A stretch of 64,000 bases of DNA from Bacteroidales bacterium UBA5762 (GTDB taxonomy: Bacteria > Bacteroidota > Bacteroidia > Bacteroidales > TTA-H9), in the NCBI GenBank assembly GCA_002418865.1, contig DIEY01000098.1, forward strand, positions 3,421 through 67,420, written 5' to 3'. Below the pieces are notes generated by a model. It saw only the letters and a list, made by a program, of their open reading frames with translations. It had not been told where the DNA came from and did no database searches. A program made the translations under genes and the position numbers. Shown piece by piece: positions 1 to 9,580 of the stretch. Numbering within the stretch: position 1 is the first letter of the stretch; the number at the start of each line of letters is the position of its first letter.

Positions 1-270
1 GTCGAAGAACTTAACCAACCTTTTGCAACCTTTAGCGGACAAAATATCGATAGACTCGAGATTAAATTTTTCAATCTGGAAGATGCTGCTCAAAGAGAAC
101 GCTTTTTAAAAGGCTCTACACGTAAAATTGATGTCCCAGGTAGTTCGAGAAAGATTACTTATGACCCCGAACATCGTTCGGGAATCGGAATTACCCGCCT
201 GGGAACCTCCCGAGCCATAGCTCTTGGTGCCTATAACTTCGCCCTTAGCCGACTCGATAGTTTAAGCTGA
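1..270 (+). CDS. 3' end of an ORF entering from upstream of the window; product not recognised
   Basis: Frame 1 is open from base 1 to TGA at 268-270 (...GIGITRLGTSRAIALGAYNFALSRLDSLS*). I cannot name a family motif. Confidence 0.35.
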   Translation, partial: VEELNQPFATFSGQNIDRLEIKFFNLEDAAQRERFLKGSTRKIDVPGSSRKITYDPEHRSGIGITRLGTSRAIALGAYNFALSRLDSLS

Positions 271-292
271 TATTCTATCATAACCCCCTTTT

Positions 293-895
293 CTATTTCT
301 CCCATAAAGGACTGGGATACACCTTGTGTTCCATAATGTAGTTATGAACAGATATAGGTAAAAAATGCCTCAAATCTTTACCTTCGGCATAAGCTTGCCG
401 AATCATACTCGAAGATATCTCGATTAAAGGGGCCCGAATTAGTTTTACTGACGGATGTTTTGCATATTTACCGCCATCAAACCCTAAACGTCCATATACA
501 TAAACATTATGCTTTTCTATAATAAGTTCCGGATTTTTCCATTGATCAAAATTTTGCAAGCTATCTCCTCCTATAACGAGTATGAATTCCTTCTGAGGAA
601 ATTTCTGCCTAAAATATTCTAAAGTATGAACGGTATAGGAAGGAGTAGGAAGATGAAATTCTATATCGTTAGAGCTGAAACGATCATCATCCTGTATAGC
701 CATTTCTACCATCCTAAGTCTGTGTTCGTCATTTGCCAGGATTTCCTTCTCTTTGAGTGGATTTTGAGGAGAAACCACAAAAATCATCTCCCCTAAATCT
801 GTATATTCTACAAGATAGTTAGCGATCATTAAATGCCCGTTGTGAATAGGATTGAATGAGCCAAAAAATAAACCTGTCTTACAATCATTTTTCAT
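293..895 (-). CDS. nadD: nicotinate-nucleotide adenylyltransferase
   Basis: GLFFGSFNPIHNGHL (HxGH nucleotidyltransferase motif) and C-terminal EISSSMIR (ISSTxIR-like). ATG at 893-895. Confidence 0.9.
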   Translation of the reverse strand: MKNDCKTGLFFGSFNPIHNGHLMIANYLVEYTDLGEMIFVVSPQNPLKEKEILANDEHRLRMVEMAIQDDDRFSSNDIEFHLPTPSYTVHTLEYFRQKFPQKEFILVIGGDSLQNFDQWKNPELIIEKHNVYVYGRLGFDGGKYAKHPSVKLIRAPLIEISSSMIRQAYAEGKDLRHFLPISVHNYIMEHKVYPSPLWEK

Positions 896-1472
896 AGTAA
901 TTTTCTTGAATTTGTTGATGACGAAAACAAGTGAGGATGTGATCGTTTATTATCCCTGCAGCCTGAAGAAAGGAATAAATAATTATTGAACCAACAAAAT
1001 TAAACCCTTCTTTTCTCAAATCTGCACTAATTAGATCGGAAAGAGAAGTATGAGCAGGAACTTCCCCATAAGTTCTATAATTATTCACTATGGGCTTCCC
1101 ATTTACATACGACCATAAATATTCATCGAAACTTCCTCTTTTCTCTACCAGTCTTAGCATACATTTCGCATTGTTCACAACGGCTTCAATCTTTAGGCGA
1201 TTTCTTACTATACCAGAGTTCATGAGTAAATCTTCTATTTCTTTTTTATTATAATTCGCTATTGTTGCAAAATCAAAATCATGAAAAGCTTTACGAAAAT
1301 TTTCGCGTTTTTTTAGGATGGTTCTCCACGATAAACCAGCTTGAAAAATATCAAGTGCCAAAAACTCGAACAATCTAATATCATCATGCAATGGAACACC
1401 CCATTCTTCATCGTGATATTTTATTAAGGCTTCATCACTCAATGCCCAAGGGCATCGTCCTGTTTCAACCAT
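885..1472 (-). CDS. tag: DNA-3-methyladenine glycosylase I
   Basis: RCPWALSDEALIKYHDEEWGVPLHDD is typical of Tag. I moved the start to the ATG at 1470-1472 (MVETGRCPW); the ORF-track extension to 1535 starts at GTG and adds a non-conserved tail. The 3' end overlaps the nadD start by 11 nt. Confidence 0.85.
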   Translation of the reverse strand: MVETGRCPWALSDEALIKYHDEEWGVPLHDDIRLFEFLALDIFQAGLSWRTILKKRENFRKAFHDFDFATIANYNKKEIEDLLMNSGIVRNRLKIEAVVNNAKCMLRLVEKRGSFDEYLWSYVNGKPIVNNYRTYGEVPAHTSLSDLISADLRKEGFNFVGSIIIYSFLQAAGIINDHILTCFRHQQIQENYYEK

Positions 1473-1875
1473 TTTAGGAGACTTTTTATAATTGGATGGT
1501 AAAATTAGAAAGAATTTGTAACTCAGATTAAACACTAAAATTGTTTCCTCGCCTTAAAATAAATATAGATAATAGAGCTCTATACTGTTTTTTAAAATTT
1601 TTATAAAATGCCTTTTAGGATAAAAAGTGTTTGATTAATTGAAGCAATAAGCATGAATAAAAGACTGTAATCAAATGATTAATAAAAAATATGCTTTGTT
1701 TTAATTTAAATTTTTGGTATGATTAATTGCTTATCTATATTTTATTTTCAATTCCTGAATGTAGTTAGATGGGCAATCATATCGAATTTTGAGCAAAAAT
1801 TTGGCCTTATATCGTTTTTTAATTTTCTTAATTTAAGTTTAATGGTGAATTTAAATAGATGATGTGCAATAATTG

Positions 1876-1883
1876 TATTTTTG
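1876..1883 (+). promoter_or_regulatory. Bacteroidota-type -7 promoter box (TATTTTTG = TAnnTTTG)
   Basis: Exact TAnnTTTG match 22 nt upstream of the ATG at 1906. Confidence 0.45.
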
Positions 1884-1905
1884 CAGGGTTTAAAAATATT
1901 CGATT

Positions 1906-3354
1906 ATGTTTAAGAAAATTATTACGAGGTTTGCTTTGGTTATAATATTACAGAGCGTCTCCATTTTTATATACTCTGCCGAATTACCCACTAAACCTAA
2001 GGCAAAATATGTATTTTATTTCATTGGGGATGGAATGGGATTAGCCCAAGTGAGTGCTGCAGAGGCATTTTTAGCCGCCCATGAAGGACAAATTCGATTT
2101 GAGCCTCTCCATATGAGTAAGCTTCCTGTAATTGGCCTTAGTACAACTTATGCAACTAATCGCCTCATTACATGTTCGGCTGCCGCTGGTACAGCCTTGG
2201 CTTCCGGTTTTAAAACTTCCATCAATACTATTGGAATGAATGATTCCCGAACTTCACCTTTATATTCTATCACTACCAAAGCAAAAGCAAAAGGCATGAA
2301 GGTTGGCATTATAACAACGGTGAGCATTAATCACGCAACTCCAGCAGTTTTTTATGCTCATCGTCCCGATCGTAACGATTATTACGAAATCGCTCTTCAA
2401 CTGCCAGAAAGCGGATTCGATTTATTCGGTTATGGAGGCATAAAAGATGCAAAAGGCAAAAATAATGATCTTGCTGATGCCTACGATAATGCCGTTTCGA
2501 ATGGTTATAAAATTATCAAGGGCCAAGAGGAATTTTTATCATTGAAAGAAATACCAGGCAAAATTATTGTCGTGAACGATAGGCTGGAAGATGATGAATC
2601 CGTTCCGTTTATCATCGATCAAACTCCTAAGGATATGCCTCTTTCGCGCTTTGTTGAGAAAAGTATTCAATTACTTGATAATCCAGAAGGCTTTTTTATG
2701 ATGGTCGAAGGAGGACTGATTGATTGGGCTTGTCATAGCAATGATGCAGCTTCGGCCATCAAAGAAGTGATTGATTTTGACATGGCCATTGGAGCCGCAA
2801 TGGAATTTATGAAACTTCATCCTGAGGAAACCCTTATTGTTGTTACAGCCGATCACGAAACCGGCGGAATGGCTCTTGGTAATGCTTTAATGAAGTACGA
2901 AAGCAATTTAAACCTTTTATCTTACCAGAAGGTTTCTCAACCAGTCTTAAAACAGCATTTTCAAGAGTTTCGGAATACTAAATGCAAAAATGGATGTCAA
3001 TTTGAAGAAATTTTTCCCATATTGAACAAAGATTTAGGATTAGGTAAGGAAATACCTCTGACAGGATATGATAGCGCTCAGTTAAAATTAGCCTTCGAGG
3101 CAAGCATTACTAAAAAGATGCCCTATGATAATGATGAAAATAATTACCTTCTATATGGTGATGAAGAACCTCTTGCCGTGATTGCCATTAAGATGGTTTC
3201 AGAGAAATCTGGAATTGGTTGGACAACTTGGGCTCACACTGCTATTCCTGTGCCTATTAGAGCTAAAGGTGTAAATCAAGAAAAATTCGATGGCTATATT
3301 GACAATACTAAAATACCTAAATTAATCCTTGAGGCTATGGATATTCCTCAGTAA
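1906..3354 (+). CDS. alkaline phosphatase (PhoA family), secreted
   Basis: N-terminal signal peptide, FIGDGMGLAQ (metal and Ser-region motif), and TADHETGG near the C-terminal metal site. Confidence 0.9.
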   Translation: MFKKIITRFALVIILQSVSIFIYSAELPTKPKAKYVFYFIGDGMGLAQVSAAEAFLAAHEGQIRFEPLHMSKLPVIGLSTTYATNRLITCSAAAGTALASGFKTSINTIGMNDSRTSPLYSITTKAKAKGMKVGIITTVSINHATPAVFYAHRPDRNDYYEIALQLPESGFDLFGYGGIKDAKGKNNDLADAYDNAVSNGYKIIKGQEEFLSLKEIPGKIIVVNDRLEDDESVPFIIDQTPKDMPLSRFVEKSIQLLDNPEGFFMMVEGGLIDWACHSNDAASAIKEVIDFDMAIGAAMEFMKLHPEETLIVVTADHETGGMALGNALMKYESNLNLLSYQKVSQPVLKQHFQEFRNTKCKNGCQFEEIFPILNKDLGLGKEIPLTGYDSAQLKLAFEASITKKMPYDNDENNYLLYGDEEPLAVIAIKMVSEKSGIGWTTWAHTAIPVPIRAKGVNQEKFDGYIDNTKIPKLILEAMDIPQ

Positions 3355-3503
3355 ATTTTTTTAGGCACTGTCAAATCACTATCTATTAGCTACAAGGCAC
3401 TAAACATCAGGCACTATCTTCCAGCCAGCAAGCACCGGCAACTTTATGAACTTTTAAACTCTTTAATCAACCAGGCACCAGCCTACAGCCACCAATTAAT
3501 GCT

Positions 3504-3511
3504 TATTTTTG
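3504..3511 (+). promoter_or_regulatory. -7 promoter box (TATTTTTG)
   Basis: Exact TAnnTTTG match 26 nt upstream of the ATG at 3537. Confidence 0.45.
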
Positions 3512-3536
3512 CACAAATTTTGAATTATAAGTAAGA

Positions 3537-6218
3537 ATGACAACAACAGATTGGTATTCGAAATCTCCGCAAGATGTATTGAAAGAATTAAACGTAGATC
3601 CATCGAAAGGACTCAGCGAAGAAGAGGCAAAAAAGAGGTTAGAAAAATTTGGGCTTAACAAGCTTAAGGAACAAAAGAAAAAAACAATTTTTCAACTATT
3701 TATTGCTCAATTAAATGACTGGTTGATATATGTATTATTTGCCGCCGTCATCATTACTTTGTTGATGGGTGAATATATCGACGCAGTTATTATCATTGCA
3801 GTTATTTTCTTAAATGCTATTCTTGGCGTAGTTCAGGAAGTTAGAGCAGGGAATGCCATCGAAGCCTTACAGAAGATGACCCGGCATAAGGCTTTAGTAA
3901 GAAGAGGAGGGCAAATCAAGGAAATAGACGCTGAATTTTTGGTTCCAGGCGATATTGTGATTCTGGATACTGGGCGATTTGTTTCGGCTGACCTTCGGCT
4001 TATTGAAACCATAAATCTCCAAATCGAAGAATCAGCCTTAACAGGAGAATCGGTTCCTTCTGCGAAAGATGCTTCACTTTTACTTAATCATAAAACACCC
4101 TTAGGTGATCGTGATAACATGGCATATATGAGCAGCCTGGTAACTTATGGCCGTGGAGCTGGAGTCGTTATAGCTACAGGAATGGATACCGAAGTGGGGA
4201 AGATTGCTGGAATTATCAATAAAGAAGAAACGGTTAAAACACCTCTCGAGATTCGTTTAAATGAGCTTGGAAAAGTGCTTGGGAAATTGGCCATAGGAAT
4301 ATGTGTTTTTATTTTTATTATTGGCATTGTACAAGGCCGCGATCTTACCGAGATGTTTCTGATCTCTGTTTCACTTGCCGTGGCTTCCATTCCTGAAGGG
4401 CTTGCAGCTATCGTTGCAGTTGTTCTTTCAATTGGAGTTACAGCAATGTCAAAACGTAATGCCATTATTCGAAGGCTGCCAGCTGTCGAAACTTTGGGTT
4501 CTGTCAATATTATCTGTACTGACAAAACAGGTACGCTTACTCAAAACAAAATGACGGTTCTTCAATCGTTTACCCTCGACGAAGAAAAAAGTATTAAAAG
4601 GGGACAGATCAATTATGCAAAAGATTCGACTTTGCTGCTTGCCAAAGCAATGATTCTATCTTCTGATGCTACTTGGGACGGACAGAAAGGTACGGGTGAT
4701 CCTACCGAAATTGCCTTGTTGATGTTTGGAGATGATATTGGGCTCGACAGAACCGAGCTTGAAAAAAATACTCGGCGCATTGGTGAATTGGCCTTCGATT
4801 CGGATAGAAAACTCATGTCAACTTTGGTGGAGGAGGATGGCAGGCTCAGCGTGTATACTAAAGGAGCCATAGATAATCTGTTTGGAATTTGTACGCATGT
4901 GCTTGTTAATGGCAATATATTGCCTATGACTGACCAAATGAAAGAAAAATTCAATCAAGCTGCAATAAAAATGGCGGCATCCGCCCTAAGAACCTTAGGT
5001 GCAGCCTATAAGCCCGTAGAAAAGCCTATTGAAGATTCGGAAATGGAGAAAGATCTTATCTTGATTGGCATTGTTGGATTGATGGATCCTCCTCGTCCAG
5101 AAGTTAAACATTCAATTGATAAGGCTAAAAAGGCAGGAATTATTACAGTAATGATTACAGGTGACCATAAAAATACGGCTTTTGCAATAGCTCAAGAATT
5201 AGGAATAGCCGACACGCTGCAACAAGTGATAACTGGCCTCGAAATAGATGAAATGTCAGAAGCAGAATTCTCGGAAAAGATTATGCAATACAGGGTCTTT
5301 GCCAGGGTTTCACCCGAACATAAAGTGAGAATTGTTCATGCCTTTAAATCTCATGGTTATATTGTATCAATGACAGGCGACGGTGTAAACGATGCTCCTT
5401 CATTACATGCAGCAGATATCGGCGTGGCAATGGGAATCGCAGGAACAGACGTAGCCAAGGATTCATCGGATATGATACTGACAGATGACAATTTTTCGAC
5501 TATAGTATCAGCAATCGAGCAAGGTCGTAATATTTATAATAATATCAGAAAATCTGTTCTGTTTTTATTAACTTGTAATCTTGGAGAAGTAATTACAATG
5601 TTTGTAGCATTAATTTCAGGAATGGCTTCACCATTTATTGCTACTCAACTATTGTGGATCAATCTTCTTACTGATACTTTACCTGCATTGGCCTTAGGAA
5701 TGGATCCTTCCGATCCAGATGTAATGACAGAAAAACCTCGTAATCCTAATGAAAGTTTCTTTGCTCATGGAGCTGGCTGGCACACCCTTTTGGGAGGCAT
5801 TTTCATAGGCTTGATTTCAATCGTAGCTTTCTGGTTCGGATATTATGAAAAAGGCTTCAGCCCATTTGATCAAAATGTGCCCCAAGAAGTAATAGAATAT
5901 GCTCGCACATTAGCATTTATTACTATCATTGCCTGTCAATTGATCTATTCCCTCGGGCTAAGAAGTACTAAAAAATCTATTTTTTCGATTGGATTATTTT
6001 CAAATAAATACCTTGCAGGTTCTATTGTTCTTGGGTTGGCTCTGCAATTGCTCGTTGTTCTTATCCCATTTTTGCAAGAAGCTTTTAAACTTCAAATGCT
6101 CGACCTTCAGGGATGGTTAGTGGCTATTGTACTCGGATTTTTCCCTCTTTTTATCAATGAAATACACAAATTGATCTCTCGCATAAATGAGAAAAGGACA
6201 TCCCATCAGTTTATCTAA
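3537..6218 (+). CDS. cation-transporting P-type ATPase (P2-type, Ca2+/Mg2+-like)
   Basis: LTGES actuator motif, ICTDKTGTLT phosphorylation site, TGDGVNDAP hinge, and about 10 predicted TM segments. Confidence 0.9.
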   Translation: MTTTDWYSKSPQDVLKELNVDPSKGLSEEEAKKRLEKFGLNKLKEQKKKTIFQLFIAQLNDWLIYVLFAAVIITLLMGEYIDAVIIIAVIFLNAILGVVQEVRAGNAIEALQKMTRHKALVRRGGQIKEIDAEFLVPGDIVILDTGRFVSADLRLIETINLQIEESALTGESVPSAKDASLLLNHKTPLGDRDNMAYMSSLVTYGRGAGVVIATGMDTEVGKIAGIINKEETVKTPLEIRLNELGKVLGKLAIGICVFIFIIGIVQGRDLTEMFLISVSLAVASIPEGLAAIVAVVLSIGVTAMSKRNAIIRRLPAVETLGSVNIICTDKTGTLTQNKMTVLQSFTLDEEKSIKRGQINYAKDSTLLLAKAMILSSDATWDGQKGTGDPTEIALLMFGDDIGLDRTELEKNTRRIGELAFDSDRKLMSTLVEEDGRLSVYTKGAIDNLFGICTHVLVNGNILPMTDQMKEKFNQAAIKMAASALRTLGAAYKPVEKPIEDSEMEKDLILIGIVGLMDPPRPEVKHSIDKAKKAGIITVMITGDHKNTAFAIAQELGIADTLQQVITGLEIDEMSEAEFSEKIMQYRVFARVSPEHKVRIVHAFKSHGYIVSMTGDGVNDAPSLHAADIGVAMGIAGTDVAKDSSDMILTDDNFSTIVSAIEQGRNIYNNIRKSVLFLLTCNLGEVITMFVALISGMASPFIATQLLWINLLTDTLPALALGMDPSDPDVMTEKPRNPNESFFAHGAGWHTLLGGIFIGLISIVAFWFGYYEKGFSPFDQNVPQEVIEYARTLAFITIIACQLIYSLGLRSTKKSIFSIGLFSNKYLAGSIVLGLALQLLVVLIPFLQEAFKLQMLDLQGWLVAIVLGFFPLFINEIHKLISRINEKRTSHQFI

Positions 6219-6501
6219 ATCTTTTCGCATCGATTCTATGTAATGAAATTTCTGTCGATAAAACGATTACAAACGGCAAGGCCATGAGACACAATTATAT
6301 TTTCAATGCCCCACACCGTAATAAAGTTTTAATAGAATATTTTCAGCTCAGACTCCAGAAGGGAAAAGACAGTATTTTTCTATCTAAGATGTATGAGAAA
6401 AAAGTTGAATCATTTATGAGTAGAAGCCATCTTTGGGAATTAATGATATCTAAAATTCTATAAGATGATTTTAGAAATGGAATTCATAAAGTCAATCAGT
6501 T

Positions 6502-6509
6502 TATCTTTG
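6502..6509 (+). promoter_or_regulatory. -7 promoter box (TATCTTTG)
   Basis: Exact TAnnTTTG match 66 nt upstream of the ATG at 6575. Confidence 0.35.
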
Positions 6510-6574
6510 CGATTTCGACAAAGATTTTCCTTGAAGAAAGATCAGGAAGTTCTCCATTTATAAAACAGGAAGAT

Positions 6575-7477
6575 ATGGAAAAGAAGACATCTTCAATTAG
6601 CCTTAAAACTCTTTTTTATCTGTATTTATTCATTTTCGGCGGATTAGCTATTATAGGTTCTATAGTAGTTATTTTGATGGTATATTTATTTAAAACGATT
6701 AATTTTGAGGATATCATTTCTTTTACGCAAAATGCATATCATTCGGGGCTACTCTTATTTATAGTGTTTGGATTTCTTGCACAGATGATCGACGGTACAC
6801 TGGGTATGGCTTATGGTGTGAGTTCGACGAGTTTTTTAGTGAGTACAGGAATTTCACCGGCTATTGCCAGTTCAAGCGTTCATGCTGCCGAAATCTTTAC
6901 TACAGGTATTTCAGGAATTTCTCACTGGAGATTTAAGAATCTCGATAAAAAATTATTCATTCAGCTAGCCATTCCTGGTGTGATTGGTTCGGCCTTGGGA
7001 GCTTATGTCCTATCATCTTTTCAGGGTGATATACTTAAACCCATCATCAATGTTTATTTGCTATTAATGGGCTTACGTATTTTATATAAGGCTGTGCGGA
7101 AAAAGATTATAGCAAGAAAATTCAAACAATATACGGTTTTGGGCTTATTAGGAGGTTTTGTTGATGCTTCTGGTGGAGGAGGATGGGGACCAGTAGTTTC
7201 AACGACATTAATAGGTAATGGTGAAACACCAAGAATTACAATTGGCACTGTTAATACTGCAGAATTTTTAGTTACTCTGGCCTCGACTGGAGTATTTACC
7301 ATGGTAATTGGATTAAGTCATTGGCATATCATCGTAGGCCTCATTTTGGGTGGAATAATTGCAGCCCCTCTCGCTGCATTCCTCTGCAACAAAATCAATA
7401 CACGATGGGCTATGGTTTTGGTGGGTATCCTGATTATGGGCTTAAGCATCAGAACCCTTCTTAAAATTATCCTTTAA
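6575..7477 (+). CDS. TauE/SafE-family anion exporter-like membrane protein
   Basis: Polytopic membrane protein with Gly-rich segments (LLGGFVDASGGGGWGPVV) typical of the TauE/SafE family. Confidence 0.7.
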   Translation: MEKKTSSISLKTLFYLYLFIFGGLAIIGSIVVILMVYLFKTINFEDIISFTQNAYHSGLLLFIVFGFLAQMIDGTLGMAYGVSSTSFLVSTGISPAIASSSVHAAEIFTTGISGISHWRFKNLDKKLFIQLAIPGVIGSALGAYVLSSFQGDILKPIINVYLLLMGLRILYKAVRKKIIARKFKQYTVLGLLGGFVDASGGGGWGPVVSTTLIGNGETPRITIGTVNTAEFLVTLASTGVFTMVIGLSHWHIIVGLILGGIIAAPLAAFLCNKINTRWAMVLVGILIMGLSIRTLLKIIL

Positions 7478-7712
7478 TATCATCTCTTGAATGTTTAGGC
7501 AAATGACTTCTTTATTGCGATGAGTTTTATTATCATTCATAGTGTTAAATTTTTCTTAAAATGGATGAAAAAGTGATATAATCACCATTTTCTGTAAATC
7601 CTCGAGTTAAAGAAATCCTCGCAAGCTATTGAAAATAATTATAGAAGTTTTAATGAGTTTTCAGAAATCATATAAAATTTCTAATTTGATTCCCCAAAGG
7701 TGTAAATTGTTG

Positions 7713-7720
7713 TATTTTTG
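7713..7720 (+). promoter_or_regulatory. -7 promoter box (TATTTTTG)
   Basis: Exact match 29 nt upstream of the ATG at 7749. It lies inside the ORF-track 5' extension, which argues for the shorter gene. Confidence 0.45.
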
Positions 7721-7748
7721 TAATTCAACTTATAAAAGGAGATGCAAT

Positions 7749-8861
7749 ATGAAAGCAAAACTTTTTGTTTTAAGCTTAATATTAGCTATGTTTTTTATGG
7801 CTGGTTGTGGAGAAGATAAAGATGGTACAGAACCTACTCCCAGTGTCGATTCAACGATGATAAATCCATCATGGACATTTAATGAAATACCCGAATTAAG
7901 ATTTGCAGAAATCTCTCGTAATGGCAAATGGGCAATCATAGCCAGTGATTATAAAATTGCTTTATTAGATTTGAAAAATAAAACTAAACTTTATGAACTT
8001 GCTACCAATGAAAGTGAAAATGATTTTGTAACGCAAGTATCTATTTCTGATCAAGGTTATGCATTAGTTGCGAGTAATAATAAGCTCAGGGTTTTTTCTG
8101 TCACACAAGGCTTGATAGCTGATTTTTCGGAAGTATATGTTGACCAGGTGCGTTATTATGTGAGTGGTTATCCAAGTGTGATTGCACCTTCTGGCGTTTC
8201 ATACTGTGTGCACGGATATATGAAGTTCTCTCTTCCCAATAATTTGGTTTGGTTAAATAATGACGACAACCCAAATTATGATGTTTCGAATGAGCTGGAT
8301 TTATCGGGTGATGGCTCATTAATTGCGAGTGCCAGTGGAGTATATGGTAAATTGGTTCTGCTCAACGGCCAAGGCGAAGTGCTATGGAAATCATCCATTG
8401 ATAATGATGCTATAAGTAATGTAGATATTTCGTATGATGGAACCACAATTGCCATCGCTGATCTCAGTGAAATCTGTGTTTATAATAGCTCCAGCTCAAC
8501 ACCTATTATAAGGTGGCCTCACAACGCTTATCATGCCGTAGTGGCTATTTCCGATAATGGAGGTGTAATTGCTGGAGGTACTGCAGGGAGACTCATCATT
8601 TTTAAACAGAGTTCTCAAAGTCCCAGTATATATGATAAACCCGATGGTGAAGTAAATGATATTACTATTTCTTCCAATGGGAAAGTAATAGTTTTGGCAA
8701 CTGATTTTGGAGGGCTCGAAATTTATAACGACTTAGGAAAACTCATGTATCAACACGATAGTCAATATGCGGGGGTTACATCAAATGTCAGTATTAGTTC
8801 AGATGGGAAAAATGTTGGGTGCATCTTTCAAAAAGAATTCCATCTCTATGTTCTGCCATGA
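7749..8861 (+). CDS. lipoprotein with about 7 beta-propeller-like repeats
   Basis: Lipobox LAMFFMAGC. Seven spaced [IL]S.[DN]G..[IV] repeats: ISRNGKWAII, ISDQGYALV, LSGDGSLIA, ISYDGTTIA, ISDNGGVIA, ISSNGKVIV, ISSDGKNVG. Start moved from 7629 to the ATG at 7749. Confidence 0.6.
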   Translation: MKAKLFVLSLILAMFFMAGCGEDKDGTEPTPSVDSTMINPSWTFNEIPELRFAEISRNGKWAIIASDYKIALLDLKNKTKLYELATNESENDFVTQVSISDQGYALVASNNKLRVFSVTQGLIADFSEVYVDQVRYYVSGYPSVIAPSGVSYCVHGYMKFSLPNNLVWLNNDDNPNYDVSNELDLSGDGSLIASASGVYGKLVLLNGQGEVLWKSSIDNDAISNVDISYDGTTIAIADLSEICVYNSSSSTPIIRWPHNAYHAVVAISDNGGVIAGGTAGRLIIFKQSSQSPSIYDKPDGEVNDITISSNGKVIVLATDFGGLEIYNDLGKLMYQHDSQYAGVTSNVSISSDGKNVGCIFQKEFHLYVLP

Positions 8862-9224
8862 TAAGGCTGCTTGTTTATCAAACCATATAATGCAAGCTAT
8901 GCGCAATATTCAGAGAATTGAATAAAAAGGATGATCGTTAGAATGATTGTGTGGGAAGGCGAGAAAATGGGGGAAAGTGAACAGAGATGGAGTGTGACGA
9001 GAAAAGTTTGAAAGTTTGTGAAATTTATAGAGGAATCCGAAGACAGAAAAATTAAAGTTAATATCTAAAAAACCTCGGATTGTTGAGATTATATGAGATT
9101 TTGAATTGGGGTACTTAGCTACAAAATAACTGAATAATCAATGTGCTGAGCAGTGAATGATTTAGTTTATTTGATATGGATTTTGGTAAATCTTTAAATA
9201 CCCATCACCGAACGCTAATTCTTG

Positions 9225-9296
<72 letters not shown>

Positions 9297-9329
9297 ATAT
9301 ATCTTTATAATAATTTATTACCCTGTTTT

Positions 9330-9345
9330 TAACTTTGCAAAATTA
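9330..9345. promoter_or_regulatory. back-to-back palindromic -7 boxes TAACTTTGCAAAATTA
   Basis: TAACTTTG on the + strand and TAATTTTG on the - strand share a TTTGCAAA core. The minus box is 42 nt upstream of the tRNA-Met 5' end. Confidence 0.4.
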
Positions 9346-9580
9346 ATATATTTCTCAATATCCATCATTATCAAATCATCAAAATTTTTTTCTTTATAGG
9401 AAAAATATTAAATTGACTGATAATCAATTATTAATAGATTTATGCCCATCTTGAATTTTTTATTTATTATCTAATTTGCCACGATAAGACTAAGCTAATG
9501 TTTTGATTTATTGTATTTTAGTTATATAAATGAGTCTATATGCCGAAAAATCAATTACTTTGCAAAAAATTTTTGTTTCG

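Noticed and set aside
1473-1535. 5' extensions in the ORF track for tag (to 1535), the beta-propeller lipoprotein (7629), era (9530), gyrB (34509), prfA (44472), the response regulator (48456), purC (50317) and the PorV-like gene (62071).
   Set aside because: The extensions start at GTG or TTG, or they add non-conserved residues ahead of canonical N-termini or signal peptides. In several cases (7713, about 9556) a promoter-like box lies inside the extension. Shorter ATG starts are preferred.
1536-1905. A Pho-box-like regulatory repeat upstream of the alkaline phosphatase, and a functional link to the PhoH-family gene at 50274.
   Set aside because: I could find no phased direct repeats in the 370-nt spacer, only scattered GATTAATTG duplicates. 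PhoH-family ATPases are not reliably Pho-regulon members, and this one is 47 kb away.
4145-4525. Long antisense or alternative-frame ORFs lie inside well-supported genes. Examples are 4145-4525 and 4613-4954 in the ATPase; 14219-14604 in the CBM9-like gene; 45642-46136 and neighbours in the His-rich gene; 47765-48181 in the kinase; 55394-55972 in the receptor; and 32644-32991 in gyrB.
   Set aside because: They have no motifs, low-complexity or odd composition, and are fully embedded opposite to or out of frame with genes that carry strong family signatures. They are treated as chance ORFs.
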